Of a stretch of 64,000 nucleotides of DNA, positions 52,074 through 61,074 are shown one piece after another (within the stretch, counting starts at the first letter, position 1; the number at the start of each line of letters is the position of its first letter). Under the pieces are notes generated by a model, which had not been told where the DNA came from, ran no database searches, and saw only the letters and a list, made by a program, of their open reading frames with translations. The DNA comes from Ostreococcus lucimarinus (Eukaryota), in assembly GCA_000092065.1 (NCBI GenBank), contig CP000581.1; one strand, given 5' to 3'. A program made the position numbers and the translations under genes.

Positions 52074-53611
52074 TTACAACGACGGCTCGGGTTCACGATC
52101 CATTCGTGGTACAGGCACGGGACGATTCGTCGCGGACATCGTTTTCACCGATTGCACCGCGAGCTTGAGCATGGGCTCGACGGCGCGCTTGATCGCGGGC
52201 GTGGCGAGTATGGCGCGAGCGACGTCGCGCGTGGACGACGCGCCGACGGCGGGCGACTCCGCGCCGGGAGTTCCGAGTCCTTGACGGATCGATTCCTTGG
52301 CGCGTGCGTAAGATTTGCACGCCATCGGCGCCTCATCGACGATCTCGGCGTCGTCGTCGATGATTTTCGTCAACAGATCTTGCGCCAAGGCGTCCAGCTT
52401 CGTCTGAGCCTCGTCGATGGATTGTTTGGGAACTTCCTTCGGGAACAACGCGGCGGCGTATTTCCCGACCGCGTCCGTCACGGCCGCGCGCAAGGTAGCG
52501 TGGTAAAGAGCTATTTCCTTTGTCGCCTCTGCGCTCGGCGTCGGGCTCGGTTCTGGTTTCGCCGTGGCGACGGCTGCCGGAGGCAATTTCGGTTTTGGTC
52601 GTACCTCCACCGTCTCCATCGCCGAGCTCAAATCGCGCGTCGCCGCTTCGCGTCGCGACGCTTTCGACTGCGTCTTGATCGGTTTCCCCACGAACGCGTC
52701 CGCAGGCGGGGTCGTGTCCACGAATACGGACAGTAACATTTTGAGTAATCTGTAACCGTCGATGCGAATCACCGCCTTGGTCGCGTCCGCGCCGTCGACG
52801 TCGCTCCGCGTCGCCCAACTCGCCGTCGCATCTGCGCTGAACGCATCTTCAATCATCGCACACACAGTAGCGTATAAAAACGACGCGTCTCGCCTCTCCC
52901 CTTCGCTCGTGACGCCATAGAAAATCGAACGCACCACCGTCGTCGCTTGTTTGGCGTCCAACGACACGTCGCACGCGTGCACGCCCGCGTCGATGTGATT
53001 CGCGCGCCCTTTCTCCGCTCTCGCGCGTCCTAAATCGTCCGTTCGCATCACCCGCTCCCCTCGTCTCGCCATCAACGCGCACTCGTACTTCAACCACCTT
53101 CGACAATACAAAAAAAAGAGCAGCGCCTCGTCGTCGTACGCCCGCCGCACGAACGCGCAAAACAACTCCGCGCACTCACTCGTCTTGCTCTTCCTCGCCG
53201 CCTCCGCGTTGCACATCACTTCCCACGCGTGTTTTTCCACGAGCGATTTCACCCCTAACGTCCGCGCCCAGCGTCCGTACGCGAAATCCCCAAACGTCGT
53301 CGTCGTCTCGTCCTCCTCGTTCGCGTTCGCGTTCGCGTCCCTCCTTCCCGCCGCCCCCCCGTCCTCGCGCGTCGTCCCTCGCCGCGCCCGCGCGTCGTTC
53401 TCGTATTTCGCGTCGTACACGCGCTCGCACTCGCGCTCGAGCCACTCGATCGGGCGCTCGCGCGCGTCCCGCGCGTGTCCGTCGTCGAGGCGCTCGACGA
53501 ACGTCGTCGCGTACCGCGCGCGCATCGCCGCGCGCAGCGCCAGCGGCGGCGGCGGCGGCGTCACCGCCGCGCGCGGCGACCATTTTTCCGCGCGCGCGCT
53601 TCCCGCCAGCG

Positions 53612-53643
<32 letters not shown>

Positions 53644-53779
53644 CGCATCGTTCGTCGTCGCGCGTTTGAATGTCGCCGCGCGGCACTGCGCGGCGCGCGG
53701 AACGCGTCGAGGGATGCGCGCGACGCGCGCGATGGCGCGCGCGACGAGCGCGCGAGCGGCACCGCGCGGCGCGGGACGG

Positions 53780-53817
<38 letters not shown>

Positions 53818-53831
53818 GACGATAACGACAT
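52074..53831 (-). CDS. Hypothetical protein. Start ambiguous: ATG 53831 (poly-Thr leader) or ATG 53648 ([10 protein letters not shown]).
   Basis: Long ORF with moderate-GC coding-like body ([54 protein letters not shown]...). No family recognised. Confidence 0.45.
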
Positions 53832-54646
53832 CGGCGCGGTGGACGGGACGCGCGCGGGCCGTCGCGCGCGCGGTCCCGCGAGACGCGCTCGCGGGACGAT
53901 CGTTCGAGAGCGAACTCGCGCCGCTGCGCGCGGCGGGGATCGAGGTCCATCGGCTGGGCGCGCGCGCGCTGTCGCAGGGAGACTGCGCGCCCGAGGTGTG
54001 CGCGCTGCAGGCGATGCTGGCGAGCGAGCGACTGCTGGCGCTGCCGAACGGAGGATTGCCCACGGGATTCTTCGGCCCGAGCACGACGGAGGCGGTGAAG
54101 AAGTGGCAAAAAGTGCGAGGGATCGAACCGACGGGGGTGTTCGGGGACGCCTCGCGCGAGGCGTACCTGGCGCAGAAGAAGACGGCGCTCTTCGCGAGCG
54201 TCTTCGGGCCGCAACCGCCCTCGCGAGCGTGGCTCACCGCGGAAAAGTTTGGGAAACCGATCGCGCGCGCTGCGCGCACTGGAACGTGGACGAAGGAGGC
54301 GTATTTATCCGCCAACGACGTCTTCGCGGCGTCGTTCCTGTCGGGAGTGCTGTTTACGGTGGCGATTTTGTTTCAACACAAGGCGCGGAATCGATGGAAG
54401 GAGCTCGAGGCGGAGAATCGACGGGCCGGCGTCGCGCGCACGCGCGGCGAGCTCGTCTCGGCGATCGTGCGCGAGTGTTTGGACGACGCGTCTTCGTACT
54501 TTCGTGGGATTTTCGATCGCGCGCGCGGGAAACTCGCCACCGGCGCGGCGCTCCGAGCGCGCTCGCCGACGCCGGCGCGACGTCGATTCTTCCTCGGTGG
54601 GTTCGCGCTGCGTCTCGGGAATTGGCGCGTCGGTTCTTGGGATTAG
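53714..54646 (+). CDS. Peptidoglycan-binding (PG_binding_1) domain protein with a Ser/Arg/Ala-rich transit-peptide-like leader and one TM helix.
   Basis: GDCAPEVCALQAMLASERLLALPNGGLPTGFFGPSTTEAVKKWQKVRGIEPTGVFGDASREAYL matches the PG_binding_1 consensus. TM VFAASFLSGVLFTVAILF. First ATG at 53714; the ORF-track start is TTG. Confidence 0.7.
53785..53814. repeat. Trinucleotide repeat (GTC)10, with a second (CGT)8 run at about 53618..53643, in the head-to-head region of the 52074 and 53714 genes.
   Basis: Read directly. Encodes poly-Ser on the plus strand and poly-Asp/Thr on the minus strand. Confidence 0.9.
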
Positions 54647-54850
54647 ACTTTCGCGAGCACGACGTGTAATGTAATTATTTATCGCGACACCGGCGACGCG
54701 GTGCGCCGAACGTTCGACGTTCGACGCCGACTGACTCACTGACTCGGCGCCTCCGCGCCGCGGCGGGACATCACCGCCTCACTCGGCGTCGCGAACGCGC
54801 GGCGAACGCGCGGGCGTCGCGCGATCGCCGCGTCGTTCGCACAACGTCCG

Positions 54851-56503
54851 ATGTCGCTCTCGGCGTCGTGCGCGCGCGCCATGCGCGAGAAAACCGCTGA
54901 AGATGCGCTGGATACCGTTATAAGCTGCGTCGCGTGCGAGTGCGCGTACGACGGGGACGAACGTGCCGTGGCGCGCAGACTCGGAACGTTGGAGCGAGCC
55001 ATCGTGTTGCGCGCGCTCGACGCTTCGCGAGCGCCTCTGGCGGTTCTGCGCGATCGAATCTTGAGACGAAGCGCGAGGAGATGGTTCGTCGGCGTCGAGG
55101 CGAGCGCAAAGGGCGCGGCGAATCGAGCGGTGGTTTTGGAAACCTGCGACGCGTATTACTACGCGTTCGGGGGAACGCAGACGACGAGAGATTTGATATC
55201 CGATGCGAATTATTGGATGAGCTCGGTGGAGGACGAGGCGAAGGCGCATCGAGGATTTCTCGCGCGCGCCGAAACCGTCGCCGCAGACGTGATGTTCGCT
55301 CGCGCGCGAGCGAGAGGAAAACGATTGGTGATGTGCGGACACTCCTTAGGTGGGGCCACCGCGGCGTTGGCGACGGTCATACTGTTGTTGAGGAGACCCG
55401 AGGCGGCGGGGCGCGTGCGATGTGTCACCTTCGCCATGCCGCCCGTGGGCGACGAGAGCTTGAGTCGACTCGTCGTAGATCGGCGATGGACGTCGACGTT
55501 TACGCACATTTGCGCGCCCGAAGACCGAATATCGAGACTGCTTCTGTCGCGACCGGGATACGTACACTTTGTGCGTCCAAAATATTTGCTCGAAGATGGC
55601 CGAATCGTGATGAAGGAGTTGGACGTGGACGACGACGACGCGCTACAGCGCGTGCATCGAGACTCGGCTGGCTTTATGCGAGCACCGCGCAGCGTGGTGT
55701 ACGTGCACGCAATGAAGACTTATCGCGACCGGTTAATGCTGACGTTGCGTAGTGCGCTGTCATCTTTCGATGCCGATGCCTTCGTCGCCGAAACTCCGCG
55801 CGCGGTGCCGATGCGCTCGCACCTAGGCCCGGAGCCGACTCTCAAGAGCGCCGTTGGCGTCCTCGCGCGAGACGGTGGTGGTATTGTCGTGCTAGTACGC
55901 GGGACAAGCATCGACACGCGGACGTGTTCGCGCACGCGAGCGGAAGCAAAAGGTTGGTTGTGCTCGACGACGGCCACAGTGCTCGGGAGCGATTCTCTAA
56001 TCGTGGCCGTGTCGCCGCCCGCGTTGCACGGCGCGCCGTTGCCGAGCGACGCGGTCTGCTCGCCCGGGAATCATGCTTCCTGGATGCCGCTCGTTGTAGG
56101 AGTTGGTGGCGATTTTTCGCTCGCTTTCGTGAATGTTCGCATCATTCCTCGTGTCGTGATTTTCGTTCGAAGCGACGCGAGCGACGCGTCGTGGATTGCG
56201 CTTCAAAAGTCGTCTCTGCAGACGAAGCAAACGGGATGGATCGTAAAAGAAGTGGGACCGTTGAAACGCAAAGCCATCGACGGTTTTGTGGAATCTTCGC
56301 CCGGTTGCGTGTGCGTCATGCGCGCTGTGTCGGATGGACTCGTAGTACGAGAAGGTGGCCGCGACAAGGACGCGATAGGAATGAGCGTTCCCGCAGACGA
56401 CGTCCGAGCTGTAGAAAAGTCCATTCGCGCGGCGCTGCAATCGACGGAGATGGATGCGTTAGAACACGCGCCGCACACAGCGCTCGCGAGAGCGAAACTT
56501 TAG
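54851..56503 (+). CDS. Lipase class 3 (alpha/beta-hydrolase, fungal-lipase-like) domain protein.
   Basis: VMCGHSLGGATAALATVILL (GHSLGG nucleophile elbow) preceded by YYYAFGGTQT. ATG verified at 54851. Confidence 0.75.
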   Translation: MSLSASCARAMREKTAEDALDTVISCVACECAYDGDERAVARRLGTLERAIVLRALDASRAPLAVLRDRILRRSARRWFVGVEASAKGAANRAVVLETCDAYYYAFGGTQTTRDLISDANYWMSSVEDEAKAHRGFLARAETVAADVMFARARARGKRLVMCGHSLGGATAALATVILLLRRPEAAGRVRCVTFAMPPVGDESLSRLVVDRRWTSTFTHICAPEDRISRLLLSRPGYVHFVRPKYLLEDGRIVMKELDVDDDDALQRVHRDSAGFMRAPRSVVYVHAMKTYRDRLMLTLRSALSSFDADAFVAETPRAVPMRSHLGPEPTLKSAVGVLARDGGGIVVLVRGTSIDTRTCSRTRAEAKGWLCSTTATVLGSDSLIVAVSPPALHGAPLPSDAVCSPGNHASWMPLVVGVGGDFSLAFVNVRIIPRVVIFVRSDASDASWIALQKSSLQTKQTGWIVKEVGPLKRKAIDGFVESSPGCVCVMRAVSDGLVVREGGRDKDAIGMSVPADDVRAVEKSIRAALQSTEMDALEHAPHTALARAKL

Positions 56504-56572
56504 CGCTATAGTGACTTAGATGAATATTTGATAGAAGAATCATAGATATGCCTCGCTCGCTCGCTTGATCGA

Positions 56573-57361
56573 TCACATCCCAAGCGCCTCCAACAACACC
56601 GGCGAGGCGAAATCGTCGACGCACATGCAGCATCCGACGCGCGCCAACGTCTCCTCGCTTTGGGACGATAGGATCCCGACCGTCGGAATATTCGCCGCTA
56701 CCGCCGCCCGCGCGCCCGCCGGAGAGTCTTCAAACGCCACGCACGCCTCGGGCGCGTCGCTCACGCCACACCGCCGTAACCCTTCGAGATACGGATCTGG
56801 ATTTGGTTTCGACCGCGCGCACTCCGTCCCGATGACGAGTCGTTCGTCCCCAAAGTACTCCCTCAGCCCCAACTGCGTGAGCATCGCCTCCGCGTTCGCC
56901 CTCGGCGCATTCGTCACGACTACAGTCTTCACGCCGCGCGCATCGCACGCGTCCAACAGCGCTCGCAACCCTTTCGCCGGCTGCAACGCTTCTCGCGCCA
57001 ACGCTTCGCGAAAGCTCGCCTCTTTCGCCTCCGCCATCGCTTCGTGCTCCTCGGCGCTTTTATCCGGATACAGCCTCGCGAATATATCCGCGTTCGACCC
57101 TCCCGCGATGTTTTCTTTGAAGTATTCGTGCGTCAGCGGCGCCCGCAGCACGCCCGTGCGTCGCAAGAGTTCATCAAACACGACAAAGTGCATCGGGTCG
57201 CTGTCCGCCATCGTACCGTCTAAATCGAACAGCGCCGCGCGCAATCGCGGCGCGGGGCGTATCACCGGCGCGCTCCGCGTCGTCGGCGCCGCGCGCGCGT
57301 CGTCCGCCTCGCGCATCGCCGTCGTCCGAATCGAAACGCGCGCCGTCAGAAGGCGTCGCAT
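56573..57361 (-). CDS. HAD-like hydrolase, beta-phosphoglucomutase / sugar-phosphatase subfamily.
   Basis: ALFDLDGTMADSDP (motif I), VVTNAPRANAEA, SKPNPDPYLEGL, FEDSPAGARAAVAANIPTVGI. ATG at 57361; an alternative start is MREADD at 57316. Confidence 0.8.
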   Translation of the reverse strand: MRRLLTARVSIRTTAMREADDARAAPTTRSAPVIRPAPRLRAALFDLDGTMADSDPMHFVVFDELLRRTGVLRAPLTHEYFKENIAGGSNADIFARLYPDKSAEEHEAMAEAKEASFREALAREALQPAKGLRALLDACDARGVKTVVVTNAPRANAEAMLTQLGLREYFGDERLVIGTECARSKPNPDPYLEGLRRCGVSDAPEACVAFEDSPAGARAAVAANIPTVGILSSQSEETLARVGCCMCVDDFASPVLLEALGM

Positions 57362-57362
57362 A

Positions 57363-58226
57363 ATGCCGCCGCCGCGAAACGTTCGCCGGAAGAGAGCGTG
57401 CGATTCGGACGGCGACGACGCGCGCGACGACGACGCGCGCGACGACGACGACGACGACGCGCGCGACGACGACGGCGGCGCCCTGCGCGCGCTGCGCGAG
57501 GCGCGCGAGCGACAGCAGCGCCGGAATCGAGCGAAAGGTTTGGACGTCGGGACGCTCATCACGGGACGACGCGAGCGCGCGGTGGGAAAACGCGCGGACG
57601 ACGGCGGTGACGGTGCCGCAGACGCGCGCGCGCGCGATGGAGGTCTCGGCGTCGCGCACGGAGAGACGCGGATGCTGGGGACGAATTCGGCGTTCGCGAG
57701 CGCGGGGGTGGTGCTCGCGGGACGGGAATTGGTTCGGGACGGGGACGACGGCGATCGAGGATACGGCTTGCGAACGGCGGAAGAGGCGCGAGCGAGGGCG
57801 TACGTAGAGGAAGAGCTGAAACGACGGCGCGGGGAGGTGGTCGAGGACGACGCCGAGGCGAGCGGGGCGGCGGCCGCGGGGGGCGACGATAATCGAGGCG
57901 CAGAGTCTTGGCTCACGGCGATCGAAGAGGTCGACGTCTCGGTCGAACGAAGGATGCAAAACATAGAGGAGACGGAGCGGGCGAAGCGGGCGATGTTAGA
58001 CGGCGCGCGTCCGGGCGAACTCGGTGCGTTCGATGCGCTAAAACCGAGTCACATGGAATTGAAGGAGGCGAAGAAGCGACCGCCGCCGAGCGAAACCGCC
58101 CTCGCGCGGCGTCAATTCGTCACTGGATTCGGCGCTAAGCGTGAGCGTCAAGAGGCGAGCGAGGAGTCGAGGCGCGAGAAGGAGCGCAGGAAGAATTTCT
58201 TCAAGAAGAAGCGAAATAAGAGATGA
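57363..58226 (+). CDS. Hypothetical highly charged (Asp/Arg/Glu/Lys-rich) protein, possibly a nuclear C9orf78/HCA59-like factor.
   Basis: ATG at 57363. The 3' part is coding-like: ...WLTAIEEVDVSVERRMQNIEETERAKRAMLDGARPGELGAFDALKPSHMELKEAKKRPPPSETALARRQFVTGFGAKRERQEASEE...KNFFKKKRNKR. The family assignment is a weak guess. The real start may be downstream. Confidence 0.35.
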   Translation: MPPPRNVRRKRACDSDGDDARDDDARDDDDDDARDDDGGALRALREARERQQRRNRAKGLDVGTLITGRRERAVGKRADDGGDGAADARARDGGLGVAHGETRMLGTNSAFASAGVVLAGRELVRDGDDGDRGYGLRTAEEARARAYVEEELKRRRGEVVEDDAEASGAAAAGGDDNRGAESWLTAIEEVDVSVERRMQNIEETERAKRAMLDGARPGELGAFDALKPSHMELKEAKKRPPPSETALARRQFVTGFGAKRERQEASEESRREKERRKNFFKKKRNKR

Positions 58227-58532
58227 GTTGTAGTAAATAGAAGAGCGCCGTCTTCGCCTCTCCTGCCTCACACAGCGACGTTCGAGCCGCGCCACGCCCG
58301 CTCCTCGACGAACGCGAACGTCCGCGCGCCCGCAACCATTCGTCACGCATTCGCCCTTCGCGGCGTCGCACGCGCCGCGTTCGCCAAGCCGCCGTCGACG
58401 GATTACTTTCGACAGTCGACGTCGACACTTTTCGCGACTTCGTCGTCGATTTGCCACGGCGCACGCGCGTTCGGAGACTTGACGAGCGCGCGAGTCGTGC
58501 GAACGCTTTCGACGACGAGCGAAAGCGACGCG

Positions 58533-60188
58533 ATGGCGACTTCATCGCCTCGTACGCGGGTGATTGTTTGGTTTCGGAACGACTTGAGGTTGTTGGACAA
58601 CGCCGTCGTCGCTCGAGCGGCGGCTCTGCGCGGACAATCGGACGCCGCTGAGGTCGTCCCGGTGTACGTGTTCGATGAGACGTTTTTTAAGACATCCAAG
58701 CGCGGTCTCGCGCGCTTCGGTGCAGGGCGTGGGAAGTTTACGATTGAGTGCGTGGACGACTTGAAGCGCGCGCTTCGCGGCGTCGGCAGCGACTTGTTGG
58801 TGCGTTGCGGCAAGACGGAGGATGTCATCACCGAGCTCACGCTCACGGGTGCGAACGACAAAACGATCGTGCTCACGCAAACAGAGGTGACGAGCGAGGA
58901 GACTGATATGGATAGGGCGGTAGAGAGGGCGTCGAAGGAGCGAGCTCGAAGCGGCGGCGCGTCGGCGTCGATGGAGCGTCTGTGGGGGTCGACACTTTAC
59001 CACGCCGACGACCTCCCGTACGACTTCGCCGGAGGTCTACACGATTTACCAGATGTGTTCACGCCATTTCGGAACAAGGTAGAGTCAAAGTGCTCAGTGC
59101 GAGCGGTAGTGCCCGCGCCGACGGCGAACGCTCTGGGAAGCGTACCGGCGTCCGTGGCGGGGTTGGATTGGATGCCTGAACCGAAGGATTTGCCTTTCGC
59201 GTCGGCCGAAATCGCCCCGGCGTGCGAAAAATGGCTCAAAGATGGCGCAGACGAGCGCTCTGTGCTCGAATTCAAGGGTGGCGAATCCCAAGCCTTGGCT
59301 CGCGTCAAGTATTATTTGTGGGATAGCGATTTGCTCGCGACGTACTTTGAAACTCGCAACGGGATGCTGGGCGGCGACTACAGCACCAAGCTCGCACCGT
59401 GGCTCGCCTTAGGATGTGTGTCGCCGCGCTACGTCGTGAGCGAGATTCGACGCTACGAGAGCGCGCGCGTTGAGAACAAGAGCACGTATTGGGTAATATT
59501 TGAGTTGATATGGAGAGACTTCTTCAAGTTCTTCGCGCTGAAACACGGGAACAAAATCTTCCATCTCGACGGTACGGCTAACAGGACGGCATCTTGGAAG
59601 AGTGATGAGAAGATCTTGAAGGCATGGAAGACAGGCACGACCGGATACCCACTCATCGACGCCAACATGCGCGAACTCGCGGCGACTGGTTTCATGTCGA
59701 ATCGAGGGCGACAAAACGTCGCCTCGTGGCTCGCCCTCGACGCCGGCGTCGACTGGAGACACGGTGCCGATTGGTTCGAGCACCACTTATTGGATTACGA
59801 CACCGCTTCTAACTGGGGGAACTGGTGCGCCGCCGCCGGTATGACGGGCGGTCGCATCAACCGCTTCAACATCGCCAAGCAAACCAAGGACTACGATCCC
59901 TCTGGCGACTACGTCAAGCGTTGGATCCCGGAACTCCGCGAGATCCCCGCGGCGTACATCACCGAGCCCAACCAAGCCCCTCGCGAGCTTCGCGATCGAA
60001 TCAGTCTCGATTACCCGAACAAGCTCAATCTCCCGAGGCGTGACTTCACGGAAATGGGGTCTCCGCCCGGGCCGAAGCGCGGCGGCGGTCGCGCCGCCGG
60101 CGGCGGTCGAGGCGGTCGAGGCGGGCGTTCGAAATCTCGCGGCCCCAAGGCCCACGCCGTGAGCGTGTACGACCACGTGTACGGTTAA
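58533..60188 (+). CDS. CRYD: Cryptochrome DASH (photolyase/cryptochrome family).
   Basis: VIVWFRNDLRLLDNAVV...FRNKVESKC...YYLWDSDLLATYFETRNGMLGGDYSTKLAPWLALGCVSPRYV...WRDFFKF...GTTGYPLIDANMRELAATGFMSNRGRQNVASWL...WGNWCAAAGMTGGRINRFNIAKQTKDYDPSGDYVKRWIPEL. ATG at 58533; the ORF-track start is TTG. Confidence 0.9.
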   Translation: MATSSPRTRVIVWFRNDLRLLDNAVVARAAALRGQSDAAEVVPVYVFDETFFKTSKRGLARFGAGRGKFTIECVDDLKRALRGVGSDLLVRCGKTEDVITELTLTGANDKTIVLTQTEVTSEETDMDRAVERASKERARSGGASASMERLWGSTLYHADDLPYDFAGGLHDLPDVFTPFRNKVESKCSVRAVVPAPTANALGSVPASVAGLDWMPEPKDLPFASAEIAPACEKWLKDGADERSVLEFKGGESQALARVKYYLWDSDLLATYFETRNGMLGGDYSTKLAPWLALGCVSPRYVVSEIRRYESARVENKSTYWVIFELIWRDFFKFFALKHGNKIFHLDGTANRTASWKSDEKILKAWKTGTTGYPLIDANMRELAATGFMSNRGRQNVASWLALDAGVDWRHGADWFEHHLLDYDTASNWGNWCAAAGMTGGRINRFNIAKQTKDYDPSGDYVKRWIPELREIPAAYITEPNQAPRELRDRISLDYPNKLNLPRRDFTEMGSPPGPKRGGGRAAGGGRGGRGGRSKSRGPKAHAVSVYDHVYG

Positions 60189-61007
60189 TGTCGCGTTCGA
60201 GTCGAGTCTCGCGATCGCGTTAGTCTGTTATTCGTTCCACTCCATTCAACCTCCACCCCGAGCTCCAGCCTGTTGCCTCGTTCGACCGGGATAGACCCAG
60301 CGCCCAGAGGTTTGCGACGATCGATCTGTGATCGATCGCGACCGTTCGTGACCCGTCTGCGACCCCCCCCGTCGTTTGGACGTCTCGGGTGTGCGCGCGC
60401 CGTCCCGCACACGCCGCCGCGATCGCATCGCGCGCGAGCTCGAGATCCGTTTGCTTGATACACTCGCGGTGCGTCCTCGTCGCGGTCTCCTCGTCGTCCG
60501 CGCGCGCGCGCCGCGCGGCGTCGCGCCAGGGCCGTCGGTCGGCGGTCGGCGGAATCGTGCGCGGAATCTTTCTCTCGCGCGCGTGACGGGCGTCGAAGAC
60601 GGTCTTAGACGCGTTAAAGTCGCGCGTGTTGACGGTTACTTCCCTCGCGCGGGCTTCGACGCGCACGAACGAGCGTCGAGCGCGCGCGAGGGAAGGAATT
60701 CTCTCGAGCGGGGACGCCTCGCGCGGGAACGAGGGTCGACGCGCCCGAGCGAGCGTTCGTTCGTCGTGGTGGCGGTTTGAGACGCGCGTAAACGCGCACT
60801 GACGACGGACGTTTTGATACTTTCGCTTTCACAGGTTTCGATAGTCGTCGACGGAGTTTTCGTCGCTCGATAACGAACCGTTCGTTTAACACGAACGTTG
60901 CTCGCGCCTGTGCGAGCGCGTTCACTCCGACTTTGAACGGCGTTTACCGTTCTTATTCCGGGACAGAGGCGGCCGCCTGTCCCGATTTCGAGGTGTTGTG
61001 CGCGTGA

Positions 61008-61039
61008 CCAATCAGTGGTGCGCGACAAGTTTTATAAAT
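61008..61039 (+). promoter_or_regulatory. Core promoter of the 61075 gene: CCAAT box (about 61008..61012) and TATAAATA box (about 61032..61039).
   Basis: gtgaCCAATcagtggtgcgcgacaagtttTATAAATAacgg lies about 35 bp upstream of the ATG. A GC palindrome with an embedded GCGGCCGC lies just upstream (60959..60984). Confidence 0.5.
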
Positions 61040-61074
61040 AACGGTGTTGAAGTGATCTCACGCCGCCAAAGAAT

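Noticed and set aside
53666-54646. Peptidoglycan-binding domain as evidence of bacterial contamination or a bacterial gene.
   Set aside because: It is embedded in eukaryotic context with a presequence and a TM helix and the same codon style as its neighbours. PG_binding_1 domains occur in eukaryotic, including plant, proteins.
53176-54669. Paired about 380- and 494-aa ORFs on both strands across 53.2-54.7 kb.
   Set aside because: Arg/Gly-rich mirror ORFs created by GC-rich sequence. The supported gene is the PG-binding ORF, frame 53714..54646.
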